37,065 nt of DNA from positions 1 through 37,065 of the forward strand of contig CAYFIU010000002.1 in NCBI GenBank assembly GCA_964343245.1, written 5' to 3'. This document shows positions 1-7,991 of this stretch, in pieces. Origin of the DNA: Candidatus Woesearchaeota archaeon. GTDB taxonomy: Archaea > Nanobdellota > Nanobdellia > SCGC-AAA011-G17 > GW2011-AR17. The notes beneath the pieces were generated by a model. It did no database searches. It was not told the DNA's origin and saw only the letters and a program-made list of their open reading frames with translations. The position numbers and the translations under genes were made by a program. Within the stretch, counting starts at the first letter, position 1. Each line of letters begins with the position of its first letter.

Positions 1-1
1 G

Positions 2-205
2 TGCGGTTGTTCATGGAGAATGTTTTGTTGGGGTGTGTTGATCCTGTTGTTGAAAACATTTGGTCTAGCATTTTTAGTGCAAGGGTTTGTTCTGCAATTG
101 AGCACAGGTGTTCTGTACTATGGTTTGATTCATTATGCGATTGGTTTGATATTTATCATGCTAGGGTGGCATTCTAGGATCATTGCGAAAGATCGGTGTA
201 AGTAG
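2..205 (+). CDS. hypothetical small membrane protein, possibly 5'-truncated by the window edge
   Basis: The frame is open from nt 2 with no upstream stop. The hydrophobic 61-aa tail suggests 2 predicted TM segments. No recognisable family. Confidence 0.25.
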   Translation, partial: CGCSWRMFCWGVLILLLKTFGLAFLVQGFVLQLSTGVLYYGLIHYAIGLIFIMLGWHSRIIAKDRCK

Positions 206-210
206 TAAAG

Positions 211-218
211 TTTATATA
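211..218 (+). promoter_or_regulatory. TATA box (tttatata) for the 241..651 gene
   Basis: Lies 23 nt upstream of the ATG at 241, matching the spacing seen throughout the window. Confidence 0.5.
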
Positions 219-240
219 GTGCTTTTTTTTCTTTTATTGC

Positions 241-651
241 ATGGTAAAGATAGTTACAAGATTTACGTTTGAAGTTTTGGGTGGGCCTAAAGAGCATGTA
301 GAGGCGACACTGCAAAAAGTTCTAGACAAGTTAAAAGAAGACAAAAATTTAGTTATTGCTGATCAGAAAGTGTTTGATTGTGAGGAGCAGGATAATAAGT
401 TGTGGAGCACTTTTGCTGAGGTTGTTCTTGAGTTTCAAAAGATTAGTGTTTTGTTGGATGTTTGTTTTGATTATATGCCTTCAACTGTTGAGATTTTGGA
501 GCCAGCTGGAATGGAGCTTGATCTTGGTGAGTTTGGTGATGCTATGAATGATATGCTGGCTAACTTGCACAAGTATACAATGGGGATTAAACAGTTGCAA
601 GCACAGAATTTGTATCTTCGGAAACAGCTTAAGGGTGAGATCCAGAAATAG
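241..651 (+). CDS. hypothetical protein (136 aa), C-terminal coiled-coil-like tail
   Basis: Only long ORF in this interval. ATG start with a TATA box at -23. No family recognised. Confidence 0.5.
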   Translation: MVKIVTRFTFEVLGGPKEHVEATLQKVLDKLKEDKNLVIADQKVFDCEEQDNKLWSTFAEVVLEFQKISVLLDVCFDYMPSTVEILEPAGMELDLGEFGDAMNDMLANLHKYTMGIKQLQAQNLYLRKQLKGEIQK

Positions 652-864
652 TTATTGCTTTTTCTTCTGAAAAAAAGCTAGATAGATAATTGGTAGTATT
701 CCTAATGTGTTTAGTATGAATAAAAGAATAAACCAAACAATCTGTTTGTTTGTGCCTGCTTTCCAAAGTGAAACACCTTTCCATGCCATTGACCAAATTA
801 TTACTGGGGCTAGCACTATTGGATTTTGTGCAATGTAAAGTCCTATGTCAAACCACCATGTCAT
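652..864 (-). CDS. small two-TM membrane protein, DUF5652-like
   Basis: 70 aa. The 'AWKGVSLWKAGTNKQIVWFILLFILNTLGILPIIYL' pattern matches my recollection of DUF5652, which is common in CPR/DPANN. Overlaps the asnS stop by 4 nt, suggesting an operon. Confidence 0.55.
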   Translation of the reverse strand: MTWWFDIGLYIAQNPIVLAPVIIWSMAWKGVSLWKAGTNKQIVWFILLFILNTLGILPIIYLAFFQKKKQ

Positions 865-2141
865 GGTTTAATCCTCGTTGGTGTTCTTGGAAATGGTATT
901 GCATCTTTGATAGTTTCTAATTTGCAAATCCATTGTATTAATCTTTCTGTTCCTAAACCAAACCCTGCGTGTGGTACTGACCCATATCTTCTTGAGTCTA
1001 AGTACCAGTCTGAATGACTAAGGTCTACTTTAGCTTTCTTTAACCTTTCTTGAATTTTTCCTAAGTCAGGTTCTCTTTGGGACGAATCTAACACTTCACC
1101 AATTCCTGGGGCTAAGATGTTAAAGTTCATTCCAGTTCCAGGCATTTTTGGATCTTCACCATGGTAGAATTTTAAAATTTCTAAAGGATAGTTGGTTACT
1201 GCTAAAAAGTTTCCTTTGTATTCTTTTGCAAGGTATTTTTCTTCTTTTGCTCCGAAATCTTCACCATACTTAATTTTGTATCCTTTTTTTTGTAATCTTT
1301 CTATTGCTGCTTTGTATGTGATTGTTGGGAATGGTGCTTTAACTTTTTCTAACTCTTTAATGTCTATACCTAAAACTTTCAACTCTTGTTTATTGTCCTT
1401 GATTACTTGGTTAATTGTTCCGATAATGCAATCTTCTGATATTTTTAGCATGTCTTGCACTGTTGCCCATGCAGCTTCGATTTCAAAGTGCCAAAATTCT
1501 GTTAAATGTCTTGAAGTTCTTGACTTTTCTGCTCTGAAAGAGGGTGCCATTGTGTAAGCTTTTTCAAAAGCGTTGATTATGTTTTCTGCATAAAATTGCC
1601 AGGACTGTGTAAGGTATGCTTTTTTACCATAGTATTTAACTTCAAAAGTGCTTGATCCACCTTCGCTTGTTGTTGCGTTGAATGTTGGTGCTTCAACTTC
1701 AATGTAACCTTTTTCTCTAATAATGTTATGAAGTGCACCCATTACTGTTGACCTGATTTTTAATGTTGAGGTTAGCTTTCTTGTTCTTAGTGCTAAGTGT
1801 CTCATGTCTAATAGGAGGTCATCACTTTGATCTTTTCCAATTGGAAAGTTTTCTGCTAAGTGTACAATGTTTAGTTTGCTTGTTTTGATCTCGTAACCTG
1901 TTGCTGCTCTTTTATCTTCCTGGATATCTCCATCAATTTCTATTGCACTCTCAACTTGTAGCTTGTCGGCATCTTGCCAGATTTGTTCTGAAACTTTTTC
2001 CTTTTCTACAATACATTGAACAAGATTATTAGTGTCTCTTATGATTATAAAAATTAGATTTTTCCCTTTCCTGATCCTGTAAACCCATCCTTTAATTGAG
2101 ACCTTTCCTTTTCCTTTGTCTAATGCTTTTTGTATGTTCAT
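861..2141 (-). CDS. asnS: asparaginyl-tRNA synthetase (class IIb)
   Basis: 426 aa with an N-terminal OB fold. Motif 2 'FRAEKSRTSRHLTEFWHFEIEAAW' and motif 3 'GSVPHAGFGLGTERL' resemble AsnRS (E. coli FRAENSNTSRHLAEFWMLE / GTVPHSGFGLGFERL) rather than AspRS. Confidence 0.85.
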   Translation of the reverse strand: MNIQKALDKGKGKVSIKGWVYRIRKGKNLIFIIIRDTNNLVQCIVEKEKVSEQIWQDADKLQVESAIEIDGDIQEDKRAATGYEIKTSKLNIVHLAENFPIGKDQSDDLLLDMRHLALRTRKLTSTLKIRSTVMGALHNIIREKGYIEVEAPTFNATTSEGGSSTFEVKYYGKKAYLTQSWQFYAENIINAFEKAYTMAPSFRAEKSRTSRHLTEFWHFEIEAAWATVQDMLKISEDCIIGTINQVIKDNKQELKVLGIDIKELEKVKAPFPTITYKAAIERLQKKGYKIKYGEDFGAKEEKYLAKEYKGNFLAVTNYPLEILKFYHGEDPKMPGTGMNFNILAPGIGEVLDSSQREPDLGKIQERLKKAKVDLSHSDWYLDSRRYGSVPHAGFGLGTERLIQWICKLETIKDAIPFPRTPTRIKP

Positions 2142-2166
2142 TGTATGATTTAATTTGGTGGCTTTG

Positions 2167-2174
2167 TTTATATA
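2167..2174 (-). promoter_or_regulatory. TATA box for asnS (quasi-palindromic tttatata)
   Basis: Lies 26 nt upstream of the asnS ATG (2141) on the minus strand. Confidence 0.45.
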
Positions 2175-2190
2175 GTTTTTTGTAGAAATC

Positions 2191-2198
2191 TTTATAAG
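2191..2198 (+). promoter_or_regulatory. TATA box (tttataag) for the orphan ORF at 2224
   Basis: Lies 26 nt upstream of the ATG at 2224. Confidence 0.45.
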
Positions 2199-2223
2199 TT
2201 AGGGGTTTTAGAACTGTTTGATA

Positions 2224-2592
2224 ATGATAGATCCTCAAGGAGTTAGGCTTATAGATGGAGAGTTTAGGGTTGTTGCAGAGTATAAAACTGGAATGGATGG
2301 GGTTGATGTAGAGTATGGTGATGAAAGAATTGATTGGAGACTTTTAAGCCCTATTTCATTTCGTTATTTGGGTAGATTGCCTATCACTAGTAGAGGATTA
2401 AATGAGCTCTCTAGATCTTTGGCCCCTGTGGCAAATATTAAGAAAACACCTTATTTTGAAATTGAGATTGCTCCTATATCTGGTAGGAATACTATTGGTT
2501 CTTTGCGTGAAGTCCCTTCTGATATCACTGTTGTGTTTTATATGAAGAACACTCCTGTGAATGATCTTGACTTGGAAGATGAAAGGTATTGA
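2224..2592 (+). CDS. hypothetical protein (orphan, Arg-rich/Lys-poor)
   Basis: The ORF track starts at a TTG (2218). I prefer the ATG at 2224 because of the TATA spacing. No competing ORF and no family recognised. Confidence 0.4.
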   Translation: MIDPQGVRLIDGEFRVVAEYKTGMDGVDVEYGDERIDWRLLSPISFRYLGRLPITSRGLNELSRSLAPVANIKKTPYFEIEIAPISGRNTIGSLREVPSDITVVFYMKNTPVNDLDLEDERY

Positions 2593-2596
2593 TAAG

Positions 2597-2606
2597 TTTT
2601 ATAAAA
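2597..2606 (+). promoter_or_regulatory. TATA box (ttttataaaa) for tgt
   Basis: Lies 23 nt upstream of the ATG at 2629. Confidence 0.5.
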
Positions 2607-2628
2607 CAAGCTTAGTTTTTGTTCTTTT

Positions 2629-3696
2629 ATGTTTGAAGTAATATCTAAAGATGGTAAGGCTCGGAGGGGTGTGTTAACTGTGAATGGTAAGTCTGCTCAG
2701 ACACCTTTTTTTATGCCTGTTGCCACTAAAGCTGTTGGCAAGTTTGTTTCTAGTGATGATTATCATGTTGTGGGTACTAAAACTATAATTACAAATGCTT
2801 TTCTTCTTTCTTTGGAAGAAAATTTTGTTGGTCCTGTTTCTTCGTTCATGGGGTTTGAGGGCATGGTGTTCACTGATAATGGTGGGTTTCAAATGTTGAG
2901 AGAGAATCTGTTGTTGGATTCTTCTGATTCTGGTGTGAATTTTAAAAATCCTTACAATGGAAAAGATGTGTTTATTAGTCCTCGAAGGATTATGGATATT
3001 CAAGAGTCTGTTGGTGGTGATGTTATCATGGCTTTGGATTGTGTTTTGCCTTATGGAAAGTCTAAAGAAGAGTTTTCTGAAGGTTTACGTAGAAGTTGTT
3101 TGTGGACTAGGAAGAGTAAGGAGTGTTATAGAGGTAAACAGTTAGTGTTTGGTATTACTCAAGGTGGTGTTTTTGAAGATTTGCGTAAGAAAAGTTGTGA
3201 GTTTGTTAAGAGTTTAGGTTTTGATGGATATTCTATTGGTGGCTTAGGTATTGGTGAGAGTTCTGAAGATATGTTTAAGATGGTTGATGTTTGTGTTGAA
3301 ACTCTTGAAGAGGATAAGCCTAAGTATTTGATGGGTGTTGGTGATCCTAAACAGATTTTGGAGTGTGTTTCTCGTGGTGTTGACATTTTTGATTCTATTT
3401 TGCCTGCTAAGCATGCTCGGCATGGTTATCTTTTTACTTGGGATGGTTTGTTGAACATGAAGAAGGCTAGTTCTGTAAGTGATTCTCCTGTTGATAAGAA
3501 TTGTTCTTGTTTTGTTTGTAAGACTTACACTCGTAGGTATTTGCGTTATCTGTTTAAGAAAAAGGATGCTGTGTATATGAGATTGGCTACAGTGCATAAC
3601 TTAGCTTTTATGGCAGAGTTTATGAAAGCTATTCATGAGAGTATTAGTTCTGGTAAGTTTTCTGAGTTTAAGAAAAAGGTTTTGGGGAAGTATTAA
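2629..3696 (+). CDS. tgt: tRNA-guanine transglycosylase, catalytic core only (archaeosine TGT-like)
   Basis: 355 aa. Carries 'FTDNGGFQ' (catalytic Asp), 'GITQGG', 'GGLGIGES', 'LMGVGDP' and the zinc motif 'CSCFVC...H'. The protein ends right after the Zn subdomain, with no PUA or C-terminal domains. Confidence 0.85.
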   Translation: MFEVISKDGKARRGVLTVNGKSAQTPFFMPVATKAVGKFVSSDDYHVVGTKTIITNAFLLSLEENFVGPVSSFMGFEGMVFTDNGGFQMLRENLLLDSSDSGVNFKNPYNGKDVFISPRRIMDIQESVGGDVIMALDCVLPYGKSKEEFSEGLRRSCLWTRKSKECYRGKQLVFGITQGGVFEDLRKKSCEFVKSLGFDGYSIGGLGIGESSEDMFKMVDVCVETLEEDKPKYLMGVGDPKQILECVSRGVDIFDSILPAKHARHGYLFTWDGLLNMKKASSVSDSPVDKNCSCFVCKTYTRRYLRYLFKKKDAVYMRLATVHNLAFMAEFMKAIHESISSGKFSEFKKKVLGKY

Positions 3697-4946
3697 GGTC
3701 TTAACCGATCAGGATCTCTTGGGATGAAACAAGCTTCCCTAATATTATCTAAACCTAACAAAGTTTGTGTGATCCTTTCCATACCAAAACCACAGCCTCC
3801 ATGAGGTGGTGCTCCACACTTGAATAAAACAGCATAATCTTTCATATCATCAAGTTTTACACCTTTTTCTTTTGCTTGCTTCTTAAGAATATCATACCTG
3901 TGTTCTCTTAAGGAACCTGTTGCAATCTCGACACCTCTTAATAACAAATCAAAACCTTTTGTTCCCTCGCCATTCTTAACATGATAGAAAGGTCTTTTTG
4001 ACCATGGATAGTTTGTTACAAAGATTAAATCAGATTTGTATTTTTTTAACACTAGTTCACCAAGCAGTTTCTCAGATTCTGGATCAATGTCGTCAGTGAT
4101 TTTCTTCCCCTTTTTGTTTAACATATCTCTAACTTCTTCAAAAGGAACTCTTGGAATTCTGGAAGGAACTTTAACCTCTGCTTTGGTAGCTTTGATAACT
4201 TCTTTAATGTACTCTTCTGTAAAGTCCATTAATTCGGTTTCATCTGTAACAAAAGCAATTTCAAAGTCAACACCAATGAATTCTGTTTGGTGCCTTGTAG
4301 TATTACTATTTTCTGCTCTGAAAACTGAACCTATCTCAAAAACTTTTTCAAAACCTGAACAAACCATCATTTGTTTGTAGACTTGTGGACTTTGCGATAG
4401 GTATGCTTGTGTGTTAAAGTATTTTAGTGAAAACATTTCTGCACCTGATTCAACTCCTGCTGAAGTTAATTTTGGTGTTGCAATGTTTATGAAATCATTT
4501 TTCATAAAAAAGTCTACTGTTGTTTTGTAAACTGTGTTTCTAAATTGGAATATCTTTGCAATTTCTGGTTTTCTTAGGTCTAAAAACCTGTTGTCCATTC
4601 TTGTTGAAAGGTCAGTATTAATATCACCTTTTTCCACAACTTGGATTGGTAAGACTTGTGAGACTTCGCCTAACACTTGAAGATCTTCAACTGCAACTTC
4701 ATAACCTTGTTTTGCGATCTTGTTTGCAACAACATTTCCTGAGATCTCAACTACTGTTTCTGGATTCAAAGCTTTAACTTTTTTGAACAGTTCTTCATTT
4801 TCATTAGTTGCAACGCATTGGATTATTCCTGTGGAGTCTCTTAGAATTAGAAATTTGACTTTTGCTAGGCCTCTGATTTCGTGCAGCCAGCCTTTGACTG
4901 TAACTTTTTTTCCAACCTTGAGATCTTTGATATAAGTTCTTGCCAT
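3693..4946 (-). CDS. aspS: aspartyl-tRNA synthetase, archaeal type
   Basis: 417 aa. Carries 'FRAENSNTTRHQTEFIGVDFEIAF', 'GAPPHGGCGFGMERI' and a C-terminal 'IPRDPDRLRP'. Convergent 4-nt overlap with tgt. Confidence 0.9.
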   Translation of the reverse strand: MARTYIKDLKVGKKVTVKGWLHEIRGLAKVKFLILRDSTGIIQCVATNENEELFKKVKALNPETVVEISGNVVANKIAKQGYEVAVEDLQVLGEVSQVLPIQVVEKGDINTDLSTRMDNRFLDLRKPEIAKIFQFRNTVYKTTVDFFMKNDFINIATPKLTSAGVESGAEMFSLKYFNTQAYLSQSPQVYKQMMVCSGFEKVFEIGSVFRAENSNTTRHQTEFIGVDFEIAFVTDETELMDFTEEYIKEVIKATKAEVKVPSRIPRVPFEEVRDMLNKKGKKITDDIDPESEKLLGELVLKKYKSDLIFVTNYPWSKRPFYHVKNGEGTKGFDLLLRGVEIATGSLREHRYDILKKQAKEKGVKLDDMKDYAVLFKCGAPPHGGCGFGMERITQTLLGLDNIREACFIPRDPDRLRP

Positions 4947-4970
4947 TAAGGTTTTAGAATTGGTTTGAGT

Positions 4971-4978
4971 ATTTAAAG
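4971..4978 (-). promoter_or_regulatory. TATA box for aspS
   Basis: 'atttaaag' lies 25 nt upstream of the aspS ATG (4946) on the minus strand. Confidence 0.45.
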
Positions 4979-4988
4979 ATTTTGGGGA

Positions 4989-5297
4989 TTAGCAAACATA
5001 TCCATCACCAAACAGGCTTGGCATGCTTGCGCCTAGTGGAACAACTCTTATACCTTCACCAAATGCATCGATTGCTCTTCTCTCCATGTCTGGTGTGATA
5101 TATCCTGTTAATTTTACTTGAACAGAAGTTGGTGATGCACCTATTTCAATTTGAACTTTGCTGCCATTATCTATACCATAAAATTGTCCAGGTCTGGTTT
5201 CACTAATTGGGATGTTTAATTCACTACTTACTCTTGCAGCTATGGCTCCTATATCTTGGCCATCTAATGTTGTTGGTGAAAATGTGGCTGTTCCCAT
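4989..5297 (-). CDS. hypothetical protein (orphan, 102 aa)
   Basis: ATG start with its own TATA box at -26. Only ORF in the interval. No family recognised. Confidence 0.4.
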   Translation of the reverse strand: MGTATFSPTTLDGQDIGAIAARVSSELNIPISETRPGQFYGIDNGSKVQIEIGASPTSVQVKLTGYITPDMERRAIDAFGEGIRVVPLGASMPSLFGDGYVC

Positions 5298-5322
5298 TCC
5301 AGAACTTTCTAATGTTATTCTC

Positions 5323-5330
5323 TATTTAAA
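5323..5330 (-). promoter_or_regulatory. TATA box for the orphan ORF 4989..5297
   Basis: 'tatttaaa' lies 26 nt upstream of the ATG at 5297 on the minus strand. Confidence 0.45.
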
Positions 5331-5350
5331 CTTTTCCTTGTTCCAGAAGT

Positions 5351-5358
5351 TTTTTAAA
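5351..5358 (+). promoter_or_regulatory. TATA box for the 5381..5878 gene
   Basis: 'tttttaaa' lies 23 nt upstream of the ATG at 5381. Divergent from the previous promoter. Confidence 0.45.
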
Positions 5359-5380
5359 CTGAGAACCTTTTGAAAGCTTT

Positions 5381-5878
5381 ATGGAACCAATTATGCATGC
5401 ACTTTTTCCAATGTTGTTCTTGTTAGCATTTTTTCCTAAGTTGAACAAGAAGTATATATTCTTTTTACTGCCTCTAGTTTGGCTTATTGATATGGATACT
5501 TACATTGGTGGGACACATAGGTATCTGTTTCATAATTTGTTAGCTGTAATATTAATAGCAAGTGTAATATATTTCCTTTGGGATAAGAGAGCTGCTTTTG
5601 TAGCCTTGTTTTATACTGGTTGTCATTTGTTGTTTGACCTAGCTTCTCCTGGAGTTGCATTTTTTTACCCTTTGGTTCAAAGAACATATTATATTAGTGC
5701 AAATCTTATACGTGAGCAGGGTAATTGGATTTGGGACATTGGTTGGGGAAGTTTTGCTTTTAGTGAGCTTCCATCAGGTTCATCATATTACTTTACAACT
5801 TGGGGTATAGTGTTAGCTTTTGTTTTAGGTATAATTTTGGTTGTGAAGGGCAAAGGTTTAAAGAAGTTCTTTAAGTAA
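5381..5878 (+). CDS. membrane-bound metal-dependent hydrolase-like protein (YdjM/DUF457-like)
   Basis: 165 aa and polytopic. Has an N-terminal His and a 'DMDTYIGGTHRYLFHNL' pattern resembling the PD.D...HR..tHS motif of DUF457. Confidence 0.45.
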   Translation: MEPIMHALFPMLFLLAFFPKLNKKYIFFLLPLVWLIDMDTYIGGTHRYLFHNLLAVILIASVIYFLWDKRAAFVALFYTGCHLLFDLASPGVAFFYPLVQRTYYISANLIREQGNWIWDIGWGSFAFSELPSGSSYYFTTWGIVLAFVLGIILVVKGKGLKKFFK

Positions 5879-6098
5879 TTTGATAGGCTCGTCTAGCATT
5901 GATCATTAGAATTTCATAGTGGCTTAGTTTGGCTACCATTGCTTTCATAACCATACAGCTTGCAACTTCAAGAGGAAATCCTTGGTATATGCCATCAAAA
6001 ATTAGACATGTTGCGAATAAATCTGCTCCTGCCATGGTACTAAAGAAGGCTGTACTTTTTGCTGTAAGTCCAGGGTCTTTTAGCATTTCTCTGATCAT
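5871..6098 (-). CDS. hypothetical protein (75 aa), translationally coupled to gatE
   Basis: Its ATG (6098..6096) overlaps the gatE TGA (6097..6095) as ATGA. No family recognised. Confidence 0.35.
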   Translation of the reverse strand: MIREMLKDPGLTAKSTAFFSTMAGADLFATCLIFDGIYQGFPLEVASCMVMKAMVAKLSHYEILMINARRAYQIT

Positions 6099-7495
6099 TT
6101 TATTATTTTCTTAAGAATTGACATTACTTTCTTGCCATCAACTTTTCCTTTGTACTTTTTCATAACATCGCCCATTAAGCCACCAATTGGTGCTTTAGGG
6201 TTTGCTTTTACGATTTTCTTAATTTCTTTTTCAAGCTCTTTGTCGTCAACTGTTGCAAAGCTTTTTAGGTTGATCTTTTCGCCCTTAACTTTCTTAACAA
6301 GTAAGTCTATTACAGCATCTTTTGAAATCTTGCCTTGCTCTAAGTGGCCGAAAACTTCTAAGAAGTCTTTTTGTTCAAGTTTAGGTTCTAAGTTAAACCT
6401 TTTTTTGATTTCTTTTGGATAGTTTATCAAAACTTCTGCTATAAAGTTGTTATCTAGTTTAATCTTAAATAATTCTAAAGAGATGTTCTCTTTCACAACT
6501 TCTTTAGCTAGTTCTGGTCTTAGTTTGTATGATTTTTCTATTCTCAATGCTTTTTCGTCTAGCAACTCTGGTAGTTTGATACTATCAAGCATCTTTTTTG
6601 TGATTGGAATGGTTGGAATATCTGTCTCAGGGTACATTCTTGCTGCACTTGGCATTGGTCGCATGAATGATGTTGTTTTGTCAGGGTTAAGTTTTCTTAC
6701 ATGCTTTTCTTCGCTTTTTGTTTTTGTTTGCCTTTTTACTTCGTTTTCAACAAACTTTTCCATGAATTTTAGGTCTTGGAAGCCTTTTAGTTCAACTCTT
6801 ACATGGCCTTTGATTGAAACATTGACATCTTGTCGAATAGTTCCAATTCCTCTTTTTGCTTTGCCTGTTGATCTGAGAATCATTCCAATTTTTTCTGCAA
6901 CTTCTTTTGCGTGTGCTGCATCTTTGATGTCTGGTGCTGTTGCAACCTCTAAAAGTGGTACGCCTAATCTTGCTAAATCATAAGTAACTTCATTATCTTT
7001 TTCTTTGACTTTTTTTGCTGCTTCTTCTTCAAGCATAAGTCCTAGGATTCCAACTTTGCCTTTGGATGTTTGGATGTGGCCATCAACCCCAATTAGTGCT
7101 GTTCTTTGGAATGCTGAAACATTTGAACCATCAACAATAGCTTTTCTCATGAATTGCACTTCGTCAACTGGAGTTATTTTAAGTAAGAGTGCTACTTCTA
7201 AAGCTGTTTCAAGTGCATGTTTGTTTACTGGGTGTGGTGGTTCTTCATCATATTCAACTAGGCATGAAGATGTTGGCCTTGCTTGGTATTTGAAGATTTT
7301 GTCTTTTTTAACTTCTGCTTTTGCAGCTTTGTCTGTTTTGCCTGATTCTCCTGCAATTGCTCTTAGTTTTCTTTCAAAGAATATTGTTGGTTCTTTATCA
7401 TGCACAATGCATGGGCAGTCACAGAATAGTTTTCTACCTTCTAATTGTTGGTGGATCTCTATACCACACTTGAAACCTAGTTTCTTGTAGTCCAT
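6095..7495 (-). CDS. gatE: Glu-tRNA(Gln) amidotransferase subunit E, short form
   Basis: The N-terminus 'MDYKKLGFKCGIEIHQQLEGRKLFCDCP', plus 'EYDEEPPHP', 'RKAIVDGSNVSAFQRT' and 'GIGTIRQDVNVSI', are GatE-like. The C-terminal YqeY-like tail is 'GGLMGDVMKKYKGKVDGKKV'. At 466 aa it is about 150 aa shorter than typical GatE. Confidence 0.85.
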   Translation of the reverse strand: MDYKKLGFKCGIEIHQQLEGRKLFCDCPCIVHDKEPTIFFERKLRAIAGESGKTDKAAKAEVKKDKIFKYQARPTSSCLVEYDEEPPHPVNKHALETALEVALLLKITPVDEVQFMRKAIVDGSNVSAFQRTALIGVDGHIQTSKGKVGILGLMLEEEAAKKVKEKDNEVTYDLARLGVPLLEVATAPDIKDAAHAKEVAEKIGMILRSTGKAKRGIGTIRQDVNVSIKGHVRVELKGFQDLKFMEKFVENEVKRQTKTKSEEKHVRKLNPDKTTSFMRPMPSAARMYPETDIPTIPITKKMLDSIKLPELLDEKALRIEKSYKLRPELAKEVVKENISLELFKIKLDNNFIAEVLINYPKEIKKRFNLEPKLEQKDFLEVFGHLEQGKISKDAVIDLLVKKVKGEKINLKSFATVDDKELEKEIKKIVKANPKAPIGGLMGDVMKKYKGKVDGKKVMSILKKIIK

Positions 7496-7528
7496 TGTTA
7501 AGAATAGTCCTTTTGTGTATTTAAATCT

Positions 7529-7990
7529 TTAGGCTGTTATTTGGCCTCTTCTTATTGGTTTGTTATAACCTGGAATTCTTAGTTGTTGTTTTAGGGCTGT
7601 TATTAAGGCTCCTCTTATATCAGACTTATAATCAACTGATTTTAATAACATATGTACTTCTTCTGTAAAATATCCTTCTTCAATTTGTGCAAGGCCAAAC
7701 TGTACACCCTTTTTTATTCCTGTTGGTGTTATTATGTCCTTTTTTTGGTGTATATATGGAATACTTATACTAAGTGTTAAAATTGCTTTTTCTCTGAAAG
7801 TCCACTTTTTCCAATGGTATACTATTATAGTACAAAGGAGTTCTCTTGGTTGTTCTTTGATGTTTTGTGTTGTACGTAATTTCCCTTCTGCTAGAACTTT
7901 GGTTAACTCCCTTCCTATTTGTTGAGCTGTTGTGATTGTTAATGATCTAAATATCTTAGTACAGTCATCCAAAAATAAGGTGTCTACCAT
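7529..7990 (-). CDS. hypothetical protein (153 aa) inserted between gatD and gatE
   Basis: Its ATG at 7990 lies 1 nt after the gatD stop (7992..7994). Only ORF in the interval. No family recognised. Confidence 0.45.
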   Translation of the reverse strand: MVDTLFLDDCTKIFRSLTITTAQQIGRELTKVLAEGKLRTTQNIKEQPRELLCTIIVYHWKKWTFREKAILTLSISIPYIHQKKDIITPTGIKKGVQFGLAQIEEGYFTEEVHMLLKSVDYKSDIRGALITALKQQLRIPGYNKPIRRGQITA

Positions 7991-7991
7991 T

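Noticed and set aside
6447-7490. Long plus-strand ORFs (6447-6983, 7005-7490, 6132-6422) antisense to gatE
   Set aside because: They are shadow ORFs opposite a well-supported conserved gene, with Ser/Leu/Phe-rich low-complexity translations. The same reasoning applies to 1192-1557 (asnS), 4036-4380 and 4720-4935 (aspS), 8497-8766 and 9001-9189 (gatD), 9599-10075 and 10222-10540 (ftsZ), 11487-12458 (eno), 12902-13249 (patatin), 14770-15451 and 15940-16194 (FAD protein), 17124-17609, 19434-19791 (EF-2), 22328-23015 (tuf), 29173-29526 (pyrH), 31304-33013 (gyrA) and 34079-34756 (gyrB).
6095-7495. Calling the 466-aa amidotransferase subunit GatB because of its GatB-like length
   Set aside because: The N-terminal and cradle motifs (MDYKKLGFKCGIEIHQQL..., RKAIVDGSNVSAFQRT) and the linkage to the asparaginase-like GatD indicate GatE. 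The short length is explained by absence of the insertion domain.
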